From: a virus
Taxonomy: Duplodnaviria > Caudoviricetes
IMG/VR virus record: IMGVR_UViG_3300032332_000873
Span: 1-43,000 of that record
Strand: one strand, 5' to 3'
Length of the DNA stretch: 43,000 nucleotides
The notes beneath the pieces were generated by a model. The model worked only from the letters and a program-made list of their open reading frames with translations, did no database searches and was not told the origin of the DNA. A program made the position numbers and the translations under genes. The stretch's first letter is position 1; each line of letters begins with the position of its first letter. Below are positions 16,135 through 24,380 of this stretch, in pieces.

Positions 16135-17541
16135 ATGGCAACAAGAATGCAACAGCGCAGAGGTACTGCAGCACAATGGACTGCAGCAAACCCAATCTTA
16201 GCAGCAGGAGAAATTGGATTTGAAACCGACACAGGCCAGTTTAAAATTGGTGATGGCGTTAATACATGGTCCTCTCTTGGCGTGTTTAAAGATTTTGGAG
16301 ATCTAGATACAAACGGTTTTGTACTAGACTCAGAAAAGGCTAACCCAAATGGAGTAGCCACACTTGATGGAACAGGAAGAATTCCAATTGCACAATTGGG
16401 TAACCTTATTGCAAATGCTCCTGGAGCACTTGACACTCTTAAGGAAATTGCAGATGCAGTAACTGCAAATGACAGTGCTCTTACAGCGCATAATGGGGAC
16501 ATGACAAATGTTCACGGTATTGTTGATACAGCACTTCTAGCAACAGCATCATCAGTTTCTACAGCAGTGGCAACTCACTCATCAGATACAACAGATGTTC
16601 ATGGAATTGCAAACACAGCACTTCTAGAAACAACCTCTGGAGCACAGGCTAAGGCAGATGCAGCAGCAGTTGCAGAAGTTAATACTCACAATGCAGATAC
16701 AACTTCAGTACACGGAATTGCTGACACAGCACTTCTTGCTACAAAGGCTTATGCTGATGCAGTAGGAACAACTGAAGCCACAAGCCGTGGAACAGCAATC
16801 TCAACACATAATTCAGCAACAGCAAACGTACACGGAATCTCCGATACATCTGCTCTTGCTACAAAGACTTATGCTGACAATGCCGTGTCAACACACGAAG
16901 CAGATACTACAAATGTACACGGAATTGCTGATACTTCAGCACTTGCAACTAAGTCATACGTAGATACAGCAGACGCTCTTAAGGCAGCACTTGCATCACC
17001 AGCATTTACTGGTACACCAACTGCTCCAACAGCAACAGCAGGAACAAATACTACACAGGTAGCAACAACAGCGTTCGTAGGAACAGCAGTTTCAAACCTT
17101 GTAGCATCTGCTCCAGCAGCACTTGACACACTTAATGAGTTGGCAGCAGCGCTTGGTAGCGATGCAAACTTCTCAACAACAATGACAAATGCTCTTGCTC
17201 TAAAGGCAAGCAAGGCTGAACTTTCAGCAGCAACATTGGCTTCATTTAATAATAAGACAACTTCTTACACACTAGTACTTGGAGATGAAGGAAACGTAGT
17301 AGAAATGGAATCAGCATCAGCAAATACTGTTACAATTCCTACAAATGCTTCAGTTGCCTTTAATATCGGTTCTTCAATCGACGTATTCCAAAAGGGAGCA
17401 GGCCAGACAACAATTGCTGCTGCTTCAGGAGTTACAATTCTTAATACACCAGGACTCAAGTTCCGTGATCGTTACTCAATGGCAACATTGATCAAGCGTG
17501 ATACAAATACTTGGATTGTTTCTGGCGACTTGACAGCGTAA
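16135..17541 (+). CDS. tail fibre with Mtd/hyaluronidase-type N-terminal domain, His-pair repeats and C-terminal 'GDLTA' domain
   Basis: RMQQRRGTAAQWTAANPILAAGEIGFETDTGQFKIGDG; five H-x7-HGI repeats; TGTTATAAT 16081-16089 and GGGGAG SD. Confidence 0.8.
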   Translation: MATRMQQRRGTAAQWTAANPILAAGEIGFETDTGQFKIGDGVNTWSSLGVFKDFGDLDTNGFVLDSEKANPNGVATLDGTGRIPIAQLGNLIANAPGALDTLKEIADAVTANDSALTAHNGDMTNVHGIVDTALLATASSVSTAVATHSSDTTDVHGIANTALLETTSGAQAKADAAAVAEVNTHNADTTSVHGIADTALLATKAYADAVGTTEATSRGTAISTHNSATANVHGISDTSALATKTYADNAVSTHEADTTNVHGIADTSALATKSYVDTADALKAALASPAFTGTPTAPTATAGTNTTQVATTAFVGTAVSNLVASAPAALDTLNELAAALGSDANFSTTMTNALALKASKAELSAATLASFNNKTTSYTLVLGDEGNVVEMESASANTVTIPTNASVAFNIGSSIDVFQKGAGQTTIAAASGVTILNTPGLKFRDRYSMATLIKRDTNTWIVSGDLTA

Positions 17542-17576
17542 TACAAATTTAATAAGAAAAAAAGGGAGATAAACAT

Positions 17577-18938
17577 ATGGCAATTCGTAAAGGTGGCAAA
17601 GGCGCAAAAAACGCCAAGTCAGTAGTAAGTTTCTGGGGTGTAGCCCCAGGGCAGCCTTATATCACAAGCGTAACACCTGGTTTTGGTGGAGCATACATGT
17701 CATCAACAGCAAGTGTTGCATTTAACAAGAACACCATGGGTGCTACTCCTTCTTCTTATACAATCTTCGCTAACTCAGTATATGGAACAAAGACATTTAC
17801 TGGAGTAACATCATCACCATACACAGTGACAGGTCTTAGAGCGGGAACAACTTATGCTTTTACAATTCTTGCAGTAGCAAGACTTGCACAGGCAACAGCA
17901 GATATTGAATCTGTATCATCTTCACAGACTAATGCTCCAGTAGTGGGTGTTCCAGATGCTCCAACAGGAGTTACAGCATCTTCACCATCTAGTGCAACCT
18001 ATGACACAGTGTCATGGTCAGCACCAGCAGATAACGGTGGAGCAGCAATTACTAACTATCAGATTGAGTCATCAGATGGAAAAAGCGGAACAGTTAACGC
18101 ACTAACTATAAACATTGGACAAGAAGCAGGAACAGCACAGACATATCGTGTAAGAGCCTACAATGCTCAAGGTTGGTCAGAATGGTCAGCATGGTCAGCA
18201 TCTGTTACAACATTCTCGTTTGTACCATTTTCAGTATTCGGCTTCTCACCGTTTGGTGTATTCGGATTCTCCCCATTTGGAGTGTTTGGATTCTCACCAT
18301 TCTCAGTATTCGGCTTCTCACCGTTTGGATTCTCTCCATTCGGCGTATTTGGATTCTCACCATTCGGATTCTCTCCGTTCGGTGTATTCGGCTTCTCACC
18401 ATTTGGATTCTCTCCATTCGGGTTCGGTGGCTGTATTCACGAAGATACATTAGTATCAGTAACAAATGAAGCAGGAGACTACACACAGATTCCTGTAAAA
18501 GATGTTGTTGCTGGTCAAGAAATCTGGTGCTATTCATTTGATGAACTTGAAGATGAAAGCGAAGGAAATCCTTACGGAATGTCATTACAAACATTGAGCA
18601 ATGCAAAACTTGTTAAGACAAATGTTGCAAACATTACACAAAAGACTATGCCAGCAACTATGTGGCTAAATGGTCAGTCAAACAAGAAGTTCTCAACTAT
18701 GCAAGGATTCCTTGTAAAGAGAAATGGTCAATATATCTATATTGAAAGCGGTCAGATTGTAATTGGAGATCATGTATTAGAATATAACCATAACCTTGCA
18801 CAATTTACAGAAGTAGAAGTTACAGCAGTTGATACTGATAATACAGAAGCAACTGTTTATAGAATTGACGCTGAGCCAATTGACACTCTTATCGGTGGAG
18901 ATTACCTCTTGCACAATCCAAAAGCCCGTGTATACTAA
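17577..18938 (+). CDS. two fibronectin type III domains, Phe/Ser/Pro/Gly repeat and C-terminal Hint (intein-like) domain
   Basis: FN3 motifs (SSPYTVTGLRAGTTYAF; VPDAPTGV...SWSAPADNGGAAITNY...YRVRAYN..GWS); nine FSPF units; Hint block A CIHEDTLV and terminal VYRID...LLHN. Confidence 0.8.
   Translation: MAIRKGGKGAKNAKSVVSFWGVAPGQPYITSVTPGFGGAYMSSTASVAFNKNTMGATPSSYTIFANSVYGTKTFTGVTSSPYTVTGLRAGTTYAFTILAVARLAQATADIESVSSSQTNAPVVGVPDAPTGVTASSPSSATYDTVSWSAPADNGGAAITNYQIESSDGKSGTVNALTINIGQEAGTAQTYRVRAYNAQGWSEWSAWSASVTTFSFVPFSVFGFSPFGVFGFSPFGVFGFSPFSVFGFSPFGFSPFGVFGFSPFGFSPFGVFGFSPFGFSPFGFGGCIHEDTLVSVTNEAGDYTQIPVKDVVAGQEIWCYSFDELEDESEGNPYGMSLQTLSNAKLVKTNVANITQKTMPATMWLNGQSNKKFSTMQGFLVKRNGQYIYIESGQIVIGDHVLEYNHNLAQFTEVEVTAVDTDNTEATVYRIDAEPIDTLIGGDYLLHNPKARVY
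18213..18431 (+). repeat. coding repeat of FSPFG / FSPFGVFG units (73 aa, 28 Phe)
   Basis: mixed 15-bp and 24-bp units with synonymous codon variation. Confidence 0.95.
18432..18917 (+). other. Hint/BIL-type autoprocessing domain (162 aa, Cys1...His-Asn), no endonuclease
   Basis: TGT at 18432; CAC AAT at 18912-18917; followed only by PKARVY-stop. Confidence 0.75.
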
Positions 18939-18955
18939 GATAAAGATGAAACGCA

Positions 18956-19666
18956 GTGTTACTGTATCATCATCATATTCCTAGAACTTCGGGAATGCAG
19001 ATCAATCGTCAGTTTGAATCATGGTTTAAAGCCTATCCAATAAACTTTAAATGCATATCTTCTTACGATACTATAGAACCAGAAGAGTTTAAAGACTTGC
19101 TTTATTTAAGTGGTCATTTAGGAAATCTTCCAGAACTATATGTTGCTGATATGGTTTCATTTGCTATTGTAAGAAATCCAGTAGATAGATTTATAAGTAC
19201 TTTTAAATACTTTTATGAGTATTTTGGCTTACCTGGAGATCAAAATGGATTTGAAATTTTTATGTCTGATAAAAAATATTATGAGCCACACTCTAACATA
19301 CAGACAAAAAGTTTAACTGGATCTATTGATTTTGAGTCTTGGAACAAAACAATTAACACAGATAAAGTAACTAATGGATTCTTCTATAATAACTTTTCTT
19401 TATCTGACTCAAAAATAAAAGATTCTATAGACTCAAAGTATGTTGTAACTTCTAATAATAGGCAGAAATTGTTAGGGTTTTTAGATAACTGGTTTTATGA
19501 TGACTTTGGTTTTAAACTACAAAATATTAACCATATATATAATAATAGCAATAATGTAAAGTTAGACATCTCTAAGTCAATGATAGATAAGATTATTGAA
19601 CTTAATGAGAAAGACTTTGTTGCTTTTGAATACGTAAAATCAAAAGAACATTTGCCGTTTGTATAG
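18956..19666 (+). CDS. sulfotransferase family protein
   Basis: HHIPRTSG (5'-PSB loop, cf. HIPKTGG), SGH, VRNPVDRFIS (3'-PB motif), terminal ELNEKDFVAFEY. Confidence 0.75.
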   Translation: MLLYHHHIPRTSGMQINRQFESWFKAYPINFKCISSYDTIEPEEFKDLLYLSGHLGNLPELYVADMVSFAIVRNPVDRFISTFKYFYEYFGLPGDQNGFEIFMSDKKYYEPHSNIQTKSLTGSIDFESWNKTINTDKVTNGFFYNNFSLSDSKIKDSIDSKYVVTSNNRQKLLGFLDNWFYDDFGFKLQNINHIYNNSNNVKLDISKSMIDKIIELNEKDFVAFEYVKSKEHLPFV

Positions 19667-19698
19667 TGTATAATGATATTATAGACAAGGGAGCAAAA

Positions 19699-20358
19699 AT
19701 GCAAAACTATAACGAGGGCATGAAAAGCGTTAGTACGTCTTCTCAGCCACACAAGTTTTTTGAAAGATACTTAGACAATAATCTTCAGGTTTTATCTGCA
19801 GAACTACATGATAGATATGCAAAAATTGAGGCCGCAAAAGTTGCTGGGGTTACACCAGTTGGAGCCGATGAAGCATGGAAACAGTCTAATAGTGTATCAA
19901 CAATGAAATGGAGACAATATAATGTATTTCAATTTCACTCATACGGATTACACAAACTTTTTAAAGCAGTAAAAGATATGACTGTAGAAGCCTGTGATTA
20001 CTACGGTCTTGAGTTTGAAAAAGAATTTTATATGGTTCAGGGCTGGTTTAACATAACACATACTGGCAAGGGTAAACTTGACTGGCATGATCATGGTCCA
20101 ACAGGAGCACCAAATTTTCATGGATATTATTCTGTAAGTGCAGAACCTTCAATAACTCACTACCGTGTTTTTGATAAAGAAGTTGAAAATCATAATACAA
20201 ATAATCGTGCAATTCTTTCAGAAATGGGCCACCCACATGCAATGGCAGACTGGGATTGGGAAGGTCCAAGAATTACAGTTGCATATGATATTATTCCATT
20301 GAGAGATATTAAGAAATTTGGAATGGACCAAGAACAGCATTGGATACCCTTAGTATGA
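19699..20358 (+). CDS. putative 2OG-Fe(II) oxygenase
   Basis: GWFN...WHDH (HxH/HxD)...FHGYYSV...HPH...PRITVAYD; AAGGGAG SD supports ATG 19699. Confidence 0.65.
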   Translation: MQNYNEGMKSVSTSSQPHKFFERYLDNNLQVLSAELHDRYAKIEAAKVAGVTPVGADEAWKQSNSVSTMKWRQYNVFQFHSYGLHKLFKAVKDMTVEACDYYGLEFEKEFYMVQGWFNITHTGKGKLDWHDHGPTGAPNFHGYYSVSAEPSITHYRVFDKEVENHNTNNRAILSEMGHPHAMADWDWEGPRITVAYDIIPLRDIKKFGMDQEQHWIPLV

Positions 20359-21005
20359 TAGCCATGTCTAAGCCACCACACAAGTTTTTTGAAAGACATT
20401 TAGAAAATGATTTAGATAGTCTATATAATTTTTTAGATGATAAGCATAATGAACTTATTTCGGGAACAATGGAATCTATTCCACAAGAAGAGGTGTCAAA
20501 ATTTACAAGACAGAATGGTGCACCAACGCAACTTGGACGCTACTATAACATTTTTGACTGGGATCATAATGGTTTAAAAGAACTAAAGTTTGCTCTTAAT
20601 AGTATGATTAAAGAGGCTTGTGAATACTATGGTATTGACTTTGATTCTCAAAATTATAAAATTCATGGATGGTTTAATCAAGATGAAAAAACTATGGGGT
20701 CTGGAGTTAATCCAATAAAGAATAAGACTTTTTATCACGACCATATGGGGGGAGAAGGCGCTCCAGTGTTTCATGGATACTACTGTGTTTTTGCAGAGCC
20801 ATCAATAACATATTATAAAATTGGCGGGGATAGCGGAATAGATTTTGAAAATCATAATAAAAACAATAGAGCCATAGTATCAGAAACAGGACACCCTCAC
20901 GGAAGAGATGATTGGTATAATGATAAACCAAGAATCACTATTGCATATGACATATGTCCAAGTGGGCAGTTTACAGAAAGCACATGGCAATCATTGAATG
21001 ATTAA
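20355..21005 (+). CDS. putative 2OG-Fe(II) oxygenase, tandem paralog of the previous gene
   Basis: shares PHKFFER.L.N.L, GWFN, HDH, FHGYY, NNRAI.SE.GHPH, PRIT.AYDI; ATGA overlap start. Confidence 0.65.
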   Translation: MIAMSKPPHKFFERHLENDLDSLYNFLDDKHNELISGTMESIPQEEVSKFTRQNGAPTQLGRYYNIFDWDHNGLKELKFALNSMIKEACEYYGIDFDSQNYKIHGWFNQDEKTMGSGVNPIKNKTFYHDHMGGEGAPVFHGYYCVFAEPSITYYKIGGDSGIDFENHNKNNRAIVSETGHPHGRDDWYNDKPRITIAYDICPSGQFTESTWQSLND

Positions 21006-21132
21006 CAAAATTAGGTGTTTTTTATTTGGACATAAAAACACAACCACTCAGTGTCCATTTACTGGAATTAAACAGACAGTTTGTTCTGTATGCTCTCCAA
21101 AAAATGACCACACTGCTATGACTTTTAACTAA
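20998..21132 (+). CDS. small Zn-ribbon-like protein (C-x3-GH...C...CSVC), 44 aa; not in ORF track
   Basis: MINKIRCFLFGHKNTTTQCPFTGIKQTVCSVCSPKNDHTAMTFN*. Confidence 0.55.
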   Translation: MINKIRCFLFGHKNTTTQCPFTGIKQTVCSVCSPKNDHTAMTFN

Positions 21133-21151
21133 CTCTCAATTATAACTTTAG

Positions 21152-21186
21152 GTAGAGTTTTGCTTTTTATAAAACTCTGCTATACT
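21152..21186 (+). promoter_or_regulatory. nrdJ promoter (TGCTATACT 21178-21186) overlapped by inverted repeat AGAGTTTT-N9-AAAACTCT
   Basis: direct reading; GAAAGGA SD downstream. Confidence 0.55.
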
Positions 21187-21220
21187 TAACACTTAATCCG
21201 TTTTTGAAAGGACGATACAA

Positions 21221-23254
21221 ATGTCAGATTTTTTTAGTTTTAAACTTCCAGAGGACTTCGTAGAAAAGTATAAGAGCCAAGAAAGCCCATTTGGGTTTAA
21301 GGATGCAGCAGAAAACTCACTTGGAGAAATTACTTTTATTCGTACTTACTCCCGTATGAAGGAAGATGGAACAAAGGAAAGATGGCATGAGGTTTGTCGG
21401 CGTGTAATTGAGGGTATGTATTCAGTTCAAAAGAATCATGCTAAAGAAAACCGTCTTCCGTGGAATGATTACAAGGCTCAGAAGTCTGCACAAGAAGCAT
21501 TCCAAAGAATGTTTGAATTAAAGTGGACACCACCAGGTCGTGGTATGTGGGCATTTGGAACTCCTATGACTATGGAGAAGAAAAACTCAGCAGCACTACA
21601 GAACTGTGCAATGGTTTCAACAAAGGATCTTGACAAGAATGATCCAGGAGCCCTATTTGCTTGGGTTATGGATGCATTGATGCTTGGTATTGGTGTAGGT
21701 TTTGATACAGTGGGACAGGACAAGAATTTCTCAATCTATGCCCCAACAGAACCAGAACAGGTGTTCGAAATTCCAGACACTCGTGAAGGATGGGTAGAGT
21801 CTGTAAGGCTTCTTATTAACTCATACCTTAGAGCAAACCAAAGCATTCAGAAGTTTAACTATGATTTAATCAGACCTCTTGGAGCCCCCATTAAGGGCTT
21901 TGGTGGAGTTGCATCAGGACCTGCACCTCTTATTAAGTTGCACGACCAGATAGACCGTGTAATCGGCTCCAGAGGCGGAGAGACACTAGACTCTCGTGCT
22001 ATTGTAGACCTTGTAAACCTTATTGGTACCTGCGTGGTATCAGGCAACGTAAGACGATCAGCAACTCTTGCTTTGGGTAATGCAGGGGATGAAACATTTA
22101 TGAACCTAAAGAATTCAGAACTATTCCCAGAGCGCAACTCATTTGATCCAGAAAATCCAGGTTGGGCTTGGATGTCTAATAATTCTATTTCAGCAGAAGT
22201 AGGAACAAAGTACGAAGACTATGTAGATTTAATTACAGAAAACGGAGAACCAGGTTTTATCTGGCTTGATGTTGCTCGTAATTATGGACGACTAAAGGAT
22301 GCGCCAGACGGTAAGGATTATCGTGTTATGGGATTTAACCCATGTGCGGAGCAGCCATTAGAATCATACGAATTATGTACACTTGTAGAAGTACACTTGA
22401 ATCGTCATGAATCTAAGGAGGACTTCCTGCGTACCCTGAAGTTTGCATACCTTTATGGAAAGACTGTAACACTTGTTCCAACACACTGGCCACAAACAAA
22501 CGGCATCATGCAACGCAATCGTCGTATTGGTACATCACTTACTGGTATTGCCTCATTTGCAGATCAAAAGGGTTTACCAATTGTTCGTGAATGGATGGAC
22601 GAAGGTTACAATAAGATTCGTCACTATGATCATCAGTATTCAGAATGGCTATGTGTTCGTGAATCAATTCGTGTAACAACAGTTAAGCCATCAGGATCAG
22701 TTTCAATTCTTTCTGGTGCAACTCCTGGAGTTCACTGGGGACCTGGAGGAAACTTCTTCCTTCGTGCAGTTCGATTTGGAAACACAGACCCAATGATGCA
22801 TTTATTTAAAGCAGCAGGGTACACAATTGAAGACGACGTAGTATCAGCAAATACATCAGTTGTATACTTCCCAATTAAGTCAGGCCATCCAAGATCAGAA
22901 AAAGATGTTACTTTGTTTGAGAAGATTGCACTTGCTGCAACTGCTCAAAAGTACTGGTCTGATAATGGAGTTTCCGTAACACTTTCATTTGATAAAGAAA
23001 CAGAATCAAAGCATGTTGTTCCAGCATTACATATGTATGAGGGACAACTAAAGGCAGTCTCATTCCTTCCAATGGGAAATCACACATATCCACAACAACC
23101 GTATACTCAGATTACTGAAGAGGAGTATAATGGCTATATTGGCAAATTGAAACATATTGACTTTGGAGCAATCTACGATGGTGTAGATAATCTAGAGGCT
23201 CAAGGCGAATCATATTGTACAACAGACTATTGCGAAATTAAGGTGGCAAAATGA
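21221..23254 (+). CDS. nrdJ: class II (adenosylcobalamin-dependent) monomeric ribonucleoside-triphosphate reductase
   Basis: RTYSR, PPGRG, ALQNC, GNVRRS, GFNPCAEQPL (thiyl Cys), TTVKPSG, C-terminal CTTDYC redox pair; no small subunit adjacent. Confidence 0.92.
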   Translation: MSDFFSFKLPEDFVEKYKSQESPFGFKDAAENSLGEITFIRTYSRMKEDGTKERWHEVCRRVIEGMYSVQKNHAKENRLPWNDYKAQKSAQEAFQRMFELKWTPPGRGMWAFGTPMTMEKKNSAALQNCAMVSTKDLDKNDPGALFAWVMDALMLGIGVGFDTVGQDKNFSIYAPTEPEQVFEIPDTREGWVESVRLLINSYLRANQSIQKFNYDLIRPLGAPIKGFGGVASGPAPLIKLHDQIDRVIGSRGGETLDSRAIVDLVNLIGTCVVSGNVRRSATLALGNAGDETFMNLKNSELFPERNSFDPENPGWAWMSNNSISAEVGTKYEDYVDLITENGEPGFIWLDVARNYGRLKDAPDGKDYRVMGFNPCAEQPLESYELCTLVEVHLNRHESKEDFLRTLKFAYLYGKTVTLVPTHWPQTNGIMQRNRRIGTSLTGIASFADQKGLPIVREWMDEGYNKIRHYDHQYSEWLCVRESIRVTTVKPSGSVSILSGATPGVHWGPGGNFFLRAVRFGNTDPMMHLFKAAGYTIEDDVVSANTSVVYFPIKSGHPRSEKDVTLFEKIALAATAQKYWSDNGVSVTLSFDKETESKHVVPALHMYEGQLKAVSFLPMGNHTYPQQPYTQITEEEYNGYIGKLKHIDFGAIYDGVDNLEAQGESYCTTDYCEIKVAK

Positions 23255-23850
23255 TACACATAAAGAAAAATGTAATAAGTAAAGAAGATGTAGCATTGAT
23301 GTTTGAATATGCATCAACAGCAGATTTTCATACAAAGGCTGGCCATGTACCACTACATGATCAACTATTTGATGGGGGAGCCCCTTTCGATATCAGAACA
23401 AGAGGAGAAATTCCAAAACATCTATTGGATATTTTTTCAAAGTATTCCAAAGCAATTTGGGAGTTTGTATCTGAAATAGAAGAACTACCCTATAACCCAC
23501 CAATGTTTTCTAAGTATTATCTTGCAAGATATAAGCAGGGGTTTGCAGATAGTGGATTTCACTTTGCAGACAACAGGCCTACTGGAACATATGGATCTTA
23601 TTTATTTTGGAATAAAGTAGATCTGGGTGGAGAGTTAATATCTAAGAATTTTGGAACTATTGACATTGAGCCAGGGGATCTTGTCTTTTTTACTGAAACA
23701 GAAGAAAATGCTCATATGATTTCAAAAGTTCAATCAGAAAATCCATTGTTTGTAACAGAGGCTTGGCTTGCTCCAGTTGGAGTTTGTCCAGATCCAAATA
23801 CTACATATGAAAGATGGGACTGGAGTAATTACGAAATTAGAGGCTTCTAA
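23251..23850 (+). CDS. 2OG-Fe(II) oxygenase (prolyl 4-hydroxylase-like, divergent)
   Basis: ARY...GFHFAD, GGEL, PGDLVFF, distal His in NAHMI. Confidence 0.6.
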   Translation: MIHIKKNVISKEDVALMFEYASTADFHTKAGHVPLHDQLFDGGAPFDIRTRGEIPKHLLDIFSKYSKAIWEFVSEIEELPYNPPMFSKYYLARYKQGFADSGFHFADNRPTGTYGSYLFWNKVDLGGELISKNFGTIDIEPGDLVFFTETEENAHMISKVQSENPLFVTEAWLAPVGVCPDPNTTYERWDWSNYEIRGF

Positions 23851-24359
23851 TGATTGATAAAATAAAAGTTGTAAAAGGGTTTATTAATAAATCTGATGCA
23901 AATATATTATCAGACTACGCAAAAGCAAATGATAAAGAATTTACAGAGTTTGGTAATGGAGAAAAAGAGTTTACATTTCATGCATCTTTTTCTAATTTAG
24001 ATATTTTAAAAATGCTTAATAATTATGGACAGTCTGTTTTGTCTTTTGTTAGAGAAAACTATGAAGGTCCATTCCCAGATTTTGATTCATCAAAAACACA
24101 TATTGCTAGATTTACAGAGGGTTTTGGAATGCATGAGCACTTTGATTCCACAAAGCCCAACGATATAGCAACCCTTATATACCTTAATGATGATTATGCT
24201 GGGGGAGAAATTTATTTCCCAGAATATGATATATCTATAAAACCAGAATCTGGAGATCTTGTCTGTTTTCCAGATACCCCAGAATTTGTTCATGGAGTAA
24301 AACCAATCACGTCTGGAACAAGATATACATCACCACGATGGTTTACCCGCATTGTATGA
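23850..24359 (+). CDS. 2OG-Fe(II) oxygenase, prolyl 4-hydroxylase-like
   Basis: HEHFD (HxD), IYLNDDYAGGEIYF, HGVKPITSGTRY. Confidence 0.85.
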   Translation: MIDKIKVVKGFINKSDANILSDYAKANDKEFTEFGNGEKEFTFHASFSNLDILKMLNNYGQSVLSFVRENYEGPFPDFDSSKTHIARFTEGFGMHEHFDSTKPNDIATLIYLNDDYAGGEIYFPEYDISIKPESGDLVCFPDTPEFVHGVKPITSGTRYTSPRWFTRIV

Positions 24360-24380
24360 TAAAATAGGCTAGGAGAAACT

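Noticed and set aside
16135-16260. Mtd-like N-terminal domain suggesting a diversity-generating retroelement
   Set aside because: No reverse transcriptase and no TR/VR pair differing at adenines was seen; this N-terminal domain is common in ordinary fibres
18213-18431. Repeat tract as a CRISPR array or DGR template
   Set aside because: Units are contiguous, in frame and vary at synonymous positions; there are no unique spacers
18163-18606. Alternative-frame repeat ORFs (SHH/RILTI repeats)
   Set aside because: By-products of the FSPFG repeat; synonymous variation tracks the main frame
18432-18917. Classical mobile intein
   Set aside because: No homing endonuclease, the +1 residue is Pro and the C-extein is only 6 aa; treated as a BIL/Hint processing domain
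21152-21180. NrdR box or cobalamin riboswitch upstream of nrdJ
   Set aside because: The inverted repeat does not match the NrdR consensus and the leader is far too short for a riboswitch
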